Shown: one piece after another, positions 1 to 13,269 of the stretch | Layout: every line of letters begins with the position of its first letter | How positions within the stretch are numbered: position 1 is the stretch's first letter | Assembly (NCBI RefSeq): GCF_001194135.2 | Contig: NC_068996.1 | Span: 23,959,863 to 24,023,572, forward strand | Direction of reading: 5' to 3' | DNA from: Octopus bimaculoides | Taxonomy: Eukaryota | DNA: 63,710 bases | Program-made: the position numbers and the translations under genes | The notes under the pieces: model-generated | What the model saw: only the letters and a program-made list of their open reading frames with translations | Databases searched by the model: none | Told to the model about the DNA's origin: nothing

Positions 1-242
1 GCTTGTGCGGGTGGCACATAAAAGACACCATTTCGAGCGTGGCCGTTTTCGTGCAGGTGACACGTAAAAGCACCCACTACACTCACTGAGTGGTTGGCGT
101 TAGGAAGGGCATCCAGCTGTAGAAACTCTGCCAAATTGGACTGGAGCCTGGTGTTGCCATCCGGTTTCACCAGTCCTCAGTCAAATCGTCCAACCCATGC
201 TAGCATGGAAAGCGGATGTTAAACGAAGATGATGATGATGAT
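1..242 (+). mobile_element. Repeat family E: (GAT)n-tailed RTE-LINE 3'-end-like element, 5' end outside the window
   Basis: Near-identical to 13893-14165 and to the reverse complement of 53796-54055; ends ...CATGGAAAGCGGATGTTAAACGA followed by (GAT)n. Confidence 0.8.
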
Positions 243-439
243 ATATATTTATTTATTTATTTATTTATTGACATTATAAGGATTTATAAAATTTGATGTG
301 AAATAATTTTCTTGTGGAACAGTGGATCTTGAAGCCAGATATAGCTATAAATAATATCATAACAAATACTGGATTTTAAAAAAAACATTGGATAGTGAAA
401 GTCAAAGGCTCCACTATTATCATATATTCTTTTTTTTTT

Positions 440-712
440 TCTTTTTACTTGTTTCAGTCATTTGACTACGGCCATGCTGGAGTACTACCCTAAAGGGTTT
501 TAGTTGAACAAACTGAACTCAGAACTCACTAAGTTATGGGGATATAAGCATACCAACACCAGTTGTCAAGTGGTGATGGGAGAATAATAGAGATACAAAG
601 ACATGCACACACACACACACATATATATATGACAGGCTTCTTTCAGTTTCCATCTACCAAATCCACTCACAAGACTTTGGTTGGCCTGAGGCTATAGAAG
701 ACACTTGCCACA
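440..712 (-). mobile_element. tRNA-derived SINE family A, partial
   Basis: Reverse complement matches the body and tail of 4379-4777 (GGATTTGGTAGATGGAAACTGAAAGAAGCC ... GACTGAAACAAGTAAAA). Confidence 0.75.
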
Positions 713-2264
713 CACATACATATATATGATGGTAATGGAACTGGATATGGTAGTGAAGGTGGTGATAGTAGTGCACCTACTGTTGTGGTATGAATGGTAC
801 AGAGCCTATGTGAGGTGTGAAGTACCAGTGATTGGTTGGGAGGATCAGTATCTGAACTACAATAAATCATATATCACTTTATATATCATCCTCATCATCA
901 TCATTTAACACCTACTTTTCAACAGAGCTTATTTAAGGAAGAATTTTACGAACAGATGCTCTTCCTGTTGTCAACGCTCACCTGTTTCCAAGTCATATAA
1001 TATTTCTCCATGGCCAGACATGTTCTTGCAGAATATTCAAAATGGATGATACTGTGTCTATGACAATGGCACTCATCCATGTAGGTGTGACATTGTGGTT
1101 TTAAGAAGTCTACTTCCCAACCAGATGGTTATATGGTCAGACCATTTGTTTGGCATCTTGGGTAAGTGTCTTCTACAATAGCCCCAGACTGACCAAAGAC
1201 TTGTGACTAGATATGGTACTTGGAAACTCAAAGGAGTTCATTGCATATATACACATACACACACATGGAAATATAACGAGATTTACATGGGACTTTTTGA
1301 AAATGTAGAGTTCTATAAAGAGAAAGTAGAGAAGTACACAAGGAGAGGGAGAAAGAGAGAGAGAGAGTAGTAAAATAATTGAAGAAATAAAGTTGGATTA
1401 TAGATGAGGAGAAGCAGAATGGAAAGCAGAGAGAGAATAAAAGTAAAGAATTCTCAGTATTCCTTGAATTATGGAAATTTTATAGTTTGTACCAATGGTA
1501 AAAGAAAAAGGAAAGTGCCGGAGAGAAGGAAGACTGAATTAGGTTTGTTGTTAGCTGGAAGGAAAGAGGGAAGAATGGATTAAGTTTGTTGTTATCCAGA
1601 CAGAGATGGGGGACTGGATAAAGTTTGTTATCTGGATAGAAAGGAGGAGGACTGGATAAAGATTTCTCCTTTTTTATGAACAAAAAAAGGAACTCAAGCA
1701 CTGCAAAATTTAAAAAAAAAAAAAAATTTACCAGTATTTCATAAAAGAAAGGTAATAATTCTTCCAAAAGATAGAAGAGAAGGCAGAGGAAGCACTCTCT
1801 CATACCTCTTTTGATAATATATAATACATGTACAAAATTCCCACCCTTTATTTATGAGGTATAATTAATGTGCAAATATACAAGTATACTGAACTACCAC
1901 CAGGTCATGTAGCAGTTTCAATCTGGCCAGGCGACCTTCTGTACACAACAGTCAATCCACCCTTGAGATGACACTTTATTCTTATAAAAAAAAAAAATTA
2001 AAAAAACGAATGGAAACATTAGATAATGTATTCTTAGATACATGATTACTAGGTGAAGGATAAAAAAAAATTAATGTTCTTTGCTGGAATATCTTTGATC
2101 ATAATTCTGCTAAAAAAGGGCTGATATAGAGTAAATAGATCCTATTACATTTGAACATAGGTTTGTTTAATCGATGCTCTTAGAAATAAACAAAATAAAG
2201 AAATAATGATGGATATTTTGGCAAGAATTGTTGCAGATATTGTTATATATTTTTTACTTGCTTC

Positions 2265-2575
2265 GATGGCCATGCTAGTGCACCATTTTGAAAAGTTTAG
2301 TCTAAGAAATCAACCCTAGTACCTCATTCTTTTAAAAGTCTGGTACTTATTCTAACAGTTTCTTTTGCCAACCTTCTATCATAAAGAAGGGTGGGGGACA
2401 AACAAAGATACATACACACACACACACAATGGGCTTCCATACAGTTTCTATCTACCAAATACACTCAAAGGGCATTGATCAGCTCAATACTATAAAAGAC
2501 ATTTCCACAAGGCTCCACACAGTTGGATTGAACCCAAAACCACATGGTTGCAAAGCTTCTTAACCAGACAGCCTA
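2265..2575 (-). mobile_element. SINE family A, diverged
   Basis: Same order of family A blocks, with many substitutions. Confidence 0.6.
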
Positions 2576-3369
2576 TATGTGCTTATATAGTTCAGAAGTT
2601 TACTTCAAAACCAGATGGTCTAAGGTTCTGTTATAGTGAAAATGGTACATTCCTTCTCATGTAACAAAGTGGTATGACAAGTCACTATAAAGTCAGACAG
2701 TCAGTTGTTGTGGGAAATGAGTAGTAGTAGAGTCATTGTCAGTTATATGATATATACGAGTTTGAGTTACCATCAATAGCACGATAGACGAGTCAAAGAT
2801 AATAAGATGCGGAATACTGCTACAACATACAAGTGGACGAGGATCCACATTATAACAGGTTCATTTTCACAGAGTGGCACATTGGGCAAGCGGTGTGAAT
2901 TGTAACTCTCCCAAATTTCTTGTGAGATGATTTTAGTAAATGAAATTTTGTCAAAACAGACATTGGAGCTCGATACAATCCTCTGGCTCATCGGATCCTG
3001 CTGAACACACCAATCCATGCCAGCATGGAACAAGGGCATTAAACAACAATGATGATGAAAACTATCCAGAAACCATATCCCCATGTGTGTATGTGTGTGT
3101 GTGCATGCGCGCATGCACATGCATGTTGCTCTGTGGCACAAACAACTTGTTTTCAGGTGTCCTAAATTAAAATTTTCCATGTTAATTTATGATCCAAACA
3201 CCAATTGATAATAAAAAAAGCTAATTTACTAAATTCTTCATTATTTTCAAAATTAATTGAAGTAATGACAGAGTATCTCAACAGAAATATGGTAACAAAT
3301 GAATTGATATTGCCTTTGCCTCACCATGTACTTATTACTCATTAGCGTTTTTAATTATTACAATTTTAA

Positions 3370-3410
<41 letters not shown>

Positions 3411-4180
3411 AACATGTATGCATACATGCAATGTACATACATATGTATGTGTTGTGTATGTCACTGTATTATGGTATTAACTAAACTATCAGATGCTGTT
3501 ATACACTATTAGTTAAAATGTGCTTCCTAGTATTGTTGTACCTGACTAGGTCAACATTTCCCTTGAATGGAACAGCATTCCATCACAGGGTTATCCATTT
3601 ACAATGGAATACATTGGGCAATATGAAATGAAGTATTTTGCTCAAGAATGCACCACTAGTTTAAGAATCAAAACCACAATCTTATATTCACGAGTGTAAC
3701 ACCCCAAACAGTAAGCCATGTTTTCACACACACACACACACACACACAATTGTACACTAGCTAACTTTCAGGTTATCTCATTTTTACTTTGGCAAGTGCA
3801 ACAAAGTCTATAATTTCCTGAAGAGGTTTGATAGAGACTAAAACATGTCGTACATACTTGCCGAAATGACTAAATAAATATTACACATTGAACCAGAGCT
3901 GTCTTTTTTTTCCACACTGCATAACTATTTTTTTACTATTAGCTCCTCCTTCACTGTGGTCACTACATTAAAATATGTCAATGTTAACTAAAGTAACATA
4001 AGCACATTAGTTCAAAGCAACGGCAAAGTACTTTAATTTCTTTACCAGAGATATCATCAGTTGATGAATGAATCATGCTGTTGCACATCAATGTTGCATT
4101 TTAGTCAACACTCAACTCGTCAGTTTGAAGGAGAACCACAATAATGGATCAGATGATCAACATCCCTCTGCTCTCCACTA

Positions 4181-4822
4181 AGGGTTAAACTTTTTAAAAT
4201 TCAGATTACTCAGTCAAATGCAAAGCTTATCTATTCACATTATTTTGAATTAATCATGCATCATCTCATAGCTTTGAGATTTCAGTGATGTGATTGTTTA
4301 TTTTTACAATGACATTGGAGGGTAGGTATGAGAGATTGGAATTGTTTAGTTTGAGAGAGGAAAAAAAAAAAAGGTAGATAGGTGCACGAGTGGCTGTGTG
4401 GTAAATAGCTTGCTTACCAGCCACATGGTTCTGGGTTCAGTCCCACTGCGTGGCACCTTGGGCAAGTGTCTTCTACTATAGCCTTGGGCCGACCAAAGCC
4501 TTGTGAGTGGATTTGGTAGACGGAAACTGAAAAAAGCCTGTTGTATATATGTATATATGTATGTTTGTGTGTCTGTGTTTGTCCCCCCAACTTCGCTTGA
4601 CAACTGATGCTGGTGTTTACGTCCCTGTAACTTAGCGGTTTGGCAAAAAGAGACCGATAGAATAAGTACTAGGCTTCCAAAGAGACAAGTCCTGGGGTCG
4701 ATATGCTCAACTAAAGGCGGTGCTCCAACATGGCCGCAGTCAAATGACTGAAACAAGTAAAAGAGTAAAAGAGTAAAGATTATACAGGCTGGATATAGCT
4801 AGTTTGAATGTTAGAGGGTTAA
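4181..4822 (+). mobile_element. TTAA-ended MITE family F, split by a SINE A
   Basis: Left part (4181-4340) and right part (4778-4822, ending GAGGGTTAA) match the intact copies at 12841-13066 and 20404-20636. Confidence 0.7.
4379..4777 (+). mobile_element. tRNA-derived SINE family A, near full length
   Basis: A-box-like TGGCTGTGTGG and B-box-like GGTTCAGTCCC head, internal (TA)/(TG) tract, (AAAGAGT)n tail; many copies in the window. Confidence 0.85.
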
Positions 4823-5169
4823 GCTACATCTGAAGAGGATTCAATAATTTACTTTGGCTCAACATCAGTAACACACCCTAACCCCATTTTATTTTTATTT
4901 TCTTTCATTTCTCACTCCCTGTCTCTCTTCCCCCTTCCCTCCCCTAATTCTCTCTCTGTTTCTCACTTTCTTTTTCTCTGTACACATGCGAAAAGTAATT
5001 TCACCATTGCAAAGTTCAACGAGTACAAATATAGGCTGGAGCGGGTGTGGAGAGAAATTTGTTAGACCCAGATAGAGTGTATGTGTGCGTTATCAGCACC
5101 TGCCCATATATACAGTTTCTGTGAACTTACCACCTTTATATAATTGAACACACGCACACACAGTTATGA

Positions 5170-5321
5170 TGATATACACACACACACACATATATGTATG
5201 GTTTGTATGTATGTGTGTATGGATGTATGTATATATATATATATATATATATAATATAAATTATATACATATATACATACATAAATATATATATATATGT
5301 ATATATGCATATATACATACT

Positions 5322-5365
<44 letters not shown>

Positions 5366-5430
5366 TATATGTATATACATCTATATGTATATATATACAC
5401 ACACACACACACACACATATATATATGCAT
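5170..5430. repeat. Compound (TA)n/(CA)n/(TATG)n microsatellite
   Basis: Seen directly; it explains the YIYI ORFs at 5136-5585. Confidence 0.95.
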
Positions 5431-5923
5431 ATGTGACACAGGACGTCACAAAACGAGTACAACACAAGTGCACGAAGCACGAGTACATGGAACATGAACC
5501 ATTCTTTCGAACAATGAAAGACACAAATGGAAAACAAAACAAACAACATAAAAAAACGACCCTATATATATATTGCCAGAGCTGAGCGCAATAGAAAAAA
5601 AACCCTCATTTAGTAATCTAGTAGTAAAACATGATAGTTGTTGCATGACTGGAGTTGATACAGCTGCACTTGGTTCAATGTAGTGGCCAGATGGACTACA
5701 AAGGAGAAAGCAAATAACTGGCACATTCTTTGGTAGAATCAATGACGCTGTTGATACTATCAGAAGGTGCTGAAATCACAGTGACCTCAAGTTGAGAGCT
5801 GATGAAAGAGGGTCATGCAGTGGTAGCTATGTGCAAAATAATGAATATTATATGATACAATATGTACATACACACATAGACATATATACAGATACACACA
5901 GAGACATATACACATATGTACAC

Positions 5924-6040
5924 ACACACACATCATCATCATCATCATCATCATCATCGTTTAACGTCCGCTTTCCATGCTAGCATGGGTTGGACGATTT
6001 GACTGAGGACTGGTGCAACCGGATGGCTACACCAGGCTCA
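5924..6040 (-). mobile_element. Family E 3' end, truncated
   Basis: (CAT)n followed by CGTTTAACGTCCGCTTTCCATGCTAGCATGGGTTGGACG, the reverse complement of the E tail. Confidence 0.8.
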
Positions 6041-8811
6041 GATATATGTATGCATATATATATACATGCACACACACACGCCTGTGTATGTGTGCATCTA
6101 CATGTATGAGTATGTGTTTGTGTGTATCGTTGCCTAGTCATCACGTGATGATTGTAAATGAGCATCACTGTTGTACAAATGAGGTTGTTAATTTCCAATT
6201 TTCAATGAAAAAAGAAACATGTTTGGTAACGAGGAAAATATCACCATGCTGAGAAACAGGTAAGAGTTAGTGACAGGAAGGGCATCCAGCTGTAGAAAAT
6301 TTGCCTAGAGAAATTCTGTCTGACTCATGCAAGCATGAAAAATGGATATTAAATGATAATGATGACAATGATAATGACATGTACTTACAGTATGTGTGCA
6401 TGTGTCCCTTGTTTCTATCCCTTTTTTTTAATCACACTGCCTAGAGCAAGTGTGATGCCAATATTGAGCAGCGAGAATCCTTTTGTCTTGTGGCATACAA
6501 GTTAAAGGCTTCACTGCTAGTATGGCTTTCAAGTATGTACTCAACATACACACTGTAATGTGGCTATGGAATGGCAGAGAAAATATAGAATGGAGAGAAG
6601 CTCTGAGAGTCCCTTGTTGGGGAAGACATGACAATATTTCTAAGGGCTGGTTCCATAAATCACTCAATACCTTCTGTAAAGAAGTTGGTGTTAGGAAGAG
6701 CATAAAAGCTGTAAAAGCCATGTGAAAATGAAATGCATGAGCAACTTATGGACCTGTCACTTGTCTAGGAAGCTTACCTATGAAGGCAGTAACTGTGGTA
6801 TGTATGCATATGTGTGTTCATACATATGAATCCAGTCTTACTTTCAACACCAGATTCATTATTTTTTTTCATCTTTCATTCTATCTTTTCATCTCTCCAC
6901 TTTCTGTTTCCAGTCCTTTCAGACATTTTCTATTTCAATACTTATACATGTCTTGTCTTACTTATCTTAAGAGATTCACAGCCTCTATTCTGTTTGTATA
7001 TTGTATATTTCATTTTGCTTGTATATTTACGCTTATATTCACACCCACTACCTATGTCATATTTGTTTTCATCACTATCCTCAATGTTAGCTCATCATTC
7101 CCTTCAGCTTCTTTTTGTTGTTGACACCACCAAAAATTAATATTGTTGTTAAAGGCAATTGTTATAAATTTTTGGACAATAACTGACAAGGAAACAGCAT
7201 GTCCATGTCTTGTGTGTGAACAATACCAAAGCAGGCATTGAAGCAAGATGCAATCCTTGGGCCCATTGGATCTGTTACACTTTCCAACCAATGGAACAGG
7301 GATGTTAAATGATGATGATGATGAAGTGAAAGTCTGTTCCAACCAGTGTGCGAGTATGTGTTAATTAAGACCCTGGGCAACTCAGAAATAAAATATCAGG
7401 TTATTATGACTCCTACAACACTTATAAGGTGTCCTTTGCACAGGATACCAGTCTGTTGCAAGATTAAGCCTAGATGCAGCAGCTGGCATTACTTTCAGCT
7501 GTGTGAACTGGAGTTGACACGAATTGAGGTGTCTTATTCAAGGACACAGTACACAGCTCAGTCTGTTCTGGTCCTCAAATGCATAATCTTATGATTGTGA
7601 GCCAACTACACTTAACACTTGGGTCACATGTCTCCACTAAACTAGCATAATCACAACAATGCGTCAAATCTTACACAAACCTCAAGATACAACACACACA
7701 ACAATAACATATGCAATAACATTAATCAAGATTTCTGTGCTTGAATGCAAATACATCTATATTGTACCAAGTCCATCTACCTATCATGATTGCAACCCAA
7801 ATCATTGGATAAGTGTAAACATTGGCTTTATGAACTACTAGCAGAGATACTCAGTGTTGCCCATGTCAAATGGAATTGAAGAATTAGACTTTGCTTTTAT
7901 ATTTTCTCTAATGAACTGGAATATCTATGATTCGAATTTCATGTTTAAGAATTAAGAATTTTAAAGAGGATTCTTTCCATCTTTACACACCCTAACAAAA
8001 ATTCTAATCATGACATATTTACCCCATACTACTCATTTTTATGCCCAAATTCCAAAATCCAAATCTTATAAAACCTATTCAAAGGTTTTTGCTCCTGAAA
8101 AATGGAGCTCTAAAATGTGGGAGTTAAGGGTGGTCTTAAAGTCAACTGGATAAGTTGAATCATTGGGAATCTCTTTTAACTTGTGTCGTATATCTATTGT
8201 TCAAATTTCTTTGAAATCGGAAATATATGAATGTTCACTGGGTTTGTAAAAGAGAGCAAAGCTACAGGAAACTAAAAGATAAATGATCACAATAAGCAGT
8301 CAGCTACCCTACCCTAATCATTACCACACCCCATACAGGTGACTGGCACAGCCATAAGATGCATTACAGATCTATAGCAATTGGAAAGGCATGACCCAAT
8401 TCAAATAAACATTAACAGCAGTGTGATGTGTGGGTTAAGGGGAAATGAAAGTGCCACCTCTGAAGTTTGCCAATGATTACTATGCTGATAGCTAACTGAA
8501 CAGAATAAATTTGCAATCTATAAATGTTTTTGAATGACCAATCACTTATCTGGAAAGGCCTTGAAATCAATGTTACTATCTTTGACCCAGTGATAATGAA
8601 AAAACTCAAAGGAATTCTATGAAACATACGACATTACTCTTCCCCCTAGAGTTGGATTTTTTGTTCCAAATTTCATTAGGATTGGTCCAGTAGTTTTCGA
8701 GTTTATAAGTAACACACAAACACGCATAAAGACATTGACTTTTATATACACATGTGCAGATATATACACACACACACGTATGTATGTATGTATGTATGTA
8801 TGTGAGTTAAT

Positions 8812-9100
8812 AGTTTCAGTATTAATAGGTTCACTATTAATACTGAAAGTATTATCTTATATTACAATAGAGATGTTATTGTTTCACTTTTGACACGTAA
8901 TACTGAAATAGTGTAAGAGATAAGAGATTGCTCCAGGCTTGCATTAGGCAAGGAGTCGAAAATATTTTTCGGACCATGACACTGCATGGACCCTAAGTAA
9001 GGCATGTGTAAAATTTGGATGAAATCGGTAGGGTAGTTCTCAAGTTTTAGGGATTCACACAGTCAGACAGACTTACATTCTCAGTTTTATATATATTAAG
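8812..9100 (+). mobile_element. Helentron/HINE-like non-autonomous element
   Basis: Perfect 15-bp hairpin at 8814-8848. The end reads AAATTTGGATGAAATCGG...TAGTTCTCAAGTT...CAGACAGAC...TTTTATATATATTAAGAT, like DINE-1/HINE ends. A second partial end lies at 8640-8760. Confidence 0.5.
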
Positions 9101-9358
9101 ATAACTATTATACAGTAAATAACTATTATACACATGTGCATGTGCGTGTATTTTAGACTTTCACTGCTGCTCTAGTTGCTACAATACACTACATACATCC
9201 AACTATTATTTCATGAAAGTGTGATTCCCAACTAGAAAGGAACCACCGCAAGACCAAAGATAATTCACTCCGTAATTGATTTTGATTCTGAGGTAGGATT
9301 TGACACACCCACATGTTCTTCCAGTCATCAACTCAAGGCTTTTTTTTTTTTTTTTTTT

Positions 9359-9368
9359 NNNNNNNNNN
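9359..9368. other. Assembly gap (10 N) with duplicated flank
   Basis: ACTCAAGGC plus poly-T appears on both sides of the Ns. Other gaps: 10346-10355, 36154-36305, 53687-53789, 62651-62750. Confidence 0.95.
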
Positions 9369-9693
9369 ACTCAAGGCTTTTTTTTTTTTTTTTTCTTTGA
9401 AATGAAAGAATTTTCTATAAAACAGGTCTTTGAAAACACAGGCCAATCAGCAAGGGAAATGTCAAGAAGGAATGCAAGTATCAGTACCACTTGACTCAAG
9501 AATTGACATGCAAAATATCAACATCAATGCGCATGAATAGATGTACATATATCCTTCTCCCATAAACATGTATATATATAAGGTTAAGAAGGGTATTGCA
9601 TTCAACCAAACCCAAAGATACAGGTAATACCGAGTAAGTGCTGTATACAACTATCCTCTTATAGATGTAATAATCCATTCCTCTACTATTTCT

Positions 9694-9742
9694 GTCTCCG
9701 ATGAAGGGATACATTGGATTTTCCCTGAAACAGCTGTAAGAC
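9694..9742 (+). ncRNA. Minimal type I hammerhead ribozyme motif of Penelope-like pLTR type, core mutated (CCGAUGA)
   Basis: Stem I GTCT/AGAC, core CCGATGA, stem II AGGG/CCCT, GAAA, palindromic stem III CAGCTG, cleavage triplet GTA. Confidence 0.7.
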
Positions 9743-10043
9743 TTTATCCATAAAATATACTGCTAACTTTGCCATTGTTCTCTTTATCCTTTTCTCTCTT
9801 TATACATATATATATATATATATATATATAAACCAAAAAACAAGGCCTGGAAGAAACACAATGACAGCATACCTTGCGAATCTGATGAAGTGCCTCTCTA
9901 ATGTCTAAAACTGCAAACATGACAAATTTTCACTTCAAATTTTTGTGTAAACTGGCATTGCATGCAGAGTTGGTACAGGAACAATTGTGATGAATAATTA
10001 AAGATGTGTTAAAGAATTTTCTTTGTCTTATTATTATTTGGTA

Positions 10044-10083
<40 letters not shown>

Positions 10084-10355
10084 CATAGAAAAACATGTAA
10101 TTGTAACCAATATAGCAAGAGATTTCTCCGCAAAAAGTCTAAAGTAGACTCCTTAAGGATCGTTCTCCTTGGTTATATATCCAAAGTTTTAAATTTAAAA
10201 GAGAGTTTTGACGCTAATATCCATTATTATTGAAATTTATTCCTATGTCAACATTTCTGTATACGGCTATATTTGACTGTCAAATTTAAGTCAAACATAT
10301 AAATTGCCTTACACATCTTCAGGGAAAAATAGTTTTAAATTTGACNNNNNNNNNN

Positions 10356-10390
<35 letters not shown>

Positions 10391-10852
10391 TTTCTACAGT
10401 TCCCATTTACTAAATTCACTCACAAGAACTGCGGGTACTAAGCTGCGAACTGTACTCAAAACCATATGGTTCTTAGCCACACAACCATGCCTATGCCTAA
10501 TTCAATCATGTATTTTTCTCACAGACATCTATCTGGCAGATCAACCTGGACTTTTAACAACAACAAATAAAGGATGCAGCTAATACCCCATATTAAATAA
10601 ACTGTCACTAGTGAACAGAAAAGGTTTGGCAAAGTGAAATATGCTGCTCGAGTCAGGTTAGGAACGCAGAACCATATAATGAAGAAATAACAAATGATGG
10701 AATAAAATGAAGCTATGTATAATTCATATCTGCACTAGGTCTAAAACTGTGCCCAACTTAACACAATCACCTGGTTCTTGGGTACCTTTAGTGAAGTGGT
10801 CGGTTGAATACACAACATAGTTTAATACCAGTACCTAGTTCTTGGGTGCCTT

Positions 10853-11171
10853 CAGTGGTTAGAGCATCGAGCTTACAATCATGAGGTTGTGAGTTCGAAT
10901 CCCTGACCGGGCTGCATGTTGTGTTCTTGAGCAAGACACTTTATTTCACGTTGCTCCAGTTCACTCAGCTGTAGAAATGAGATGTGACGTCACAGGTGCC
11001 AAGCTGTATCGGCCTTTGCCTTTGCCTTGGATAACACTGGTGGTGTGGAGAGGGAATGCTGGTATGCATGGGTGACAGCTGATCTTTCATAAACAACCTT
11101 GCCTGGACTTGTGCCTAGGAGGGGAACTTTCTAGGTGCAATCCCATGGTCAGTCATGACCGATGGGGGTCT
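10853..11171 (+). mobile_element. tRNA-derived SINE family B
   Basis: CAGTGGTTAGAGC A-box and GAGTTCGAATCCC B-box; body matches 22533-22840. Confidence 0.85.
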
Positions 11172-11984
11172 CACGATATAACAACATTATCTGTCCTGAA
11201 ATGGATTCAGTGGGGTGCTAAGCTGAATACAACAATGTGGTTTCAAACTACTACTTGATCTTTGTATGCTCATGGTGGGTTGATAGATGTAATATGCAAC
11301 CACCAGTCTTTGAGTACCTTCAGTAGAAGGTGGCAGGTATAATATACCATCATCTAGACCTTGGGTGCTTGTAGCGGTGTAGTAAGCCTTACACTTCATT
11401 GCAGCATGCTCCTTATTGAGGGGTGGTAGATCTAACTCCACCCCCACCCCATCTGGTCCTGGAGTACCTTTAATAGAGGTCAATGTATAAGCAAGCACTA
11501 GAACTAGAAACTAAATCCCTGGGTACCTACCTACCTACCTACCTGCCTGCCTGCCTACTTTTGTTTACTCTTGCAGATGTTCACACTGGCAATCAGCCAC
11601 ATCAATATCACCAGTCTAGGGAGTGGTGGTGGTGTATGTGTGTATGTGTGGACTAGCATAAGATCATGGATGCTTCTCTTCTCCTCCTCCTCCTCCTCCT
11701 CCACTTCCTCTCATATAAAAATATAACTGATATAAAAATAAACCAAGCACTCCTTTATAAATGTACGATAAATTTGAGAGAAACATAACATATTCCCTGG
11801 CCACATTGTTCATGCAGTAGCACACAGGTGGGAAATTTCACATTAACTTTAAACTTTAATATCTTACTCAATCTTCTTTTTCTTTCTATTTGTTTTTTCT
11901 ATATTCAGTCATCTATGGCTGGGTTTTATGTTACAATACTAAAAAGAATAGTCTTCCATTCTATTTCCTCGACCTTAATGATAT

Positions 11985-12440
11985 AATAATTATTGGATTT
12001 TTATTCTTTTGGAACAATTTTGATTTAGATATTCCAGAGTCTTTAGACTGTGTCCATGCTGGAGCACTGCCTTGAAGGGTTTAGTCAAACAAATCAATCC
12101 AAATAGGGTTTTTTTTTCTTTTTCAAGAATGGTATTTTGCTGAACAGCTAAGTTACAGGGATATAAACAAACCAACATCAGTTGACAAGTAGTGGTGAGA
12201 GACAAACACAACACAAGGTCACACACAGATATATATACGAAACTATGTTGAAGCACATCAGGTGCATGTGTGTGTGCATACATACACACATATATACAAC
12301 ATGCGTTAACAGTTTCCATCAACCAAATCCACTAACAAGGCTGTGGTTGAACTGGAGCTATAATAGAAGATAGTTGCCTTAGGTGCAGCTGCACAATGAG
12401 ACTGAACCTAAGACCACAAGGTTGGGAAGCAACTTCTTAA
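11985..12440 (-). mobile_element. SINE family A, diverged
   Basis: Family A blocks in reverse orientation. Confidence 0.65.
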
Positions 12441-12840
12441 CCATGTTCTGACGATACCAGCTAAAGTTTGTATTTACTAATTTTAACACCAACCCATGTC
12501 ATTTAAGCCATTCCATTTTGGTTCTTTAAATTACCAAAATCTTAGAACTCCACAACGACTATTCTACTTCTCTATTGTTGGTGTCAAGAGAAAATGCATA
12601 CAGTACACTCTGTAAAGAAGTTGGTAATAGGAAAAGCATCATGTCATAGAAACCAAGCCAAACTACACACATAAATGCACAATCTTTGCAAGATAAAGCG
12701 CCCAATGGAGACCATGATGAACCCTCCAACCTATGCTAGCAGGGAAAGTGAATGGATGATGATGATGATTGTTATCATTGTCATCATCATCATATGTTTA
12801 AATTAATTCTAGAAATTTATCAGCAATCTGGAAAGATTTA

Positions 12841-13066
12841 TTAACCCTTTAGCATTTAAACCAGCCATATCTGACCCAAATATTCTCCGTTTTGTGTTGA
12901 ATACTGACTAGATCTGGCCTCTCACACCTATCCTACAATATCATTCTAAGAATAAAACAAACACATAACTGAAATCTTGAAACTGAGATAATGTGTGGTT
13001 AATACAAAACAATTTGAATAAATAAGTATTACATTTGACAAAGTAATCTGAATGTTAGAGGGCTAA
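12841..13066 (-). mobile_element. MITE family F (piggyBac-like TTAA ends)
   Basis: Starts TTAACCCTTTAGCAT and ends ATGTTAGAGGGCTAA (imperfect TIR); about 225 bp, multicopy. Confidence 0.75.
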
Positions 13067-13269
13067 AATAATATCTTACTCATAAGTTTTGTAACTGGAA
13101 CATGACTTATCAATAGTTTCTTCCATGAAATTATTATACAACAAATTTATGAAAAGAGAAACTTTTCAAAGCAAGATGTTCTGTATCATAAAACCAGAAA
13201 TAACATTAGGGAACTGATGGCCAACATCAGTGGTTCCTAAACAATGTATGTTTCACATGGTTCAGTAAC

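Noticed and set aside
5136-5585. ORFs rich in YIYI, CVCV, THTH (also 24330-24830, 28082-28285, 30054-30433, 62503-62904)
   Set aside because: Translations of dinucleotide and tetranucleotide microsatellites.
11578-11630. Plus frame DVHTGNQPHQ, like a C2H2 linker; minus frame TGDIDVADCQCEHLQ
   Set aside because: No Cys/His finger spacing, and competing readings on both strands leave it unresolved.
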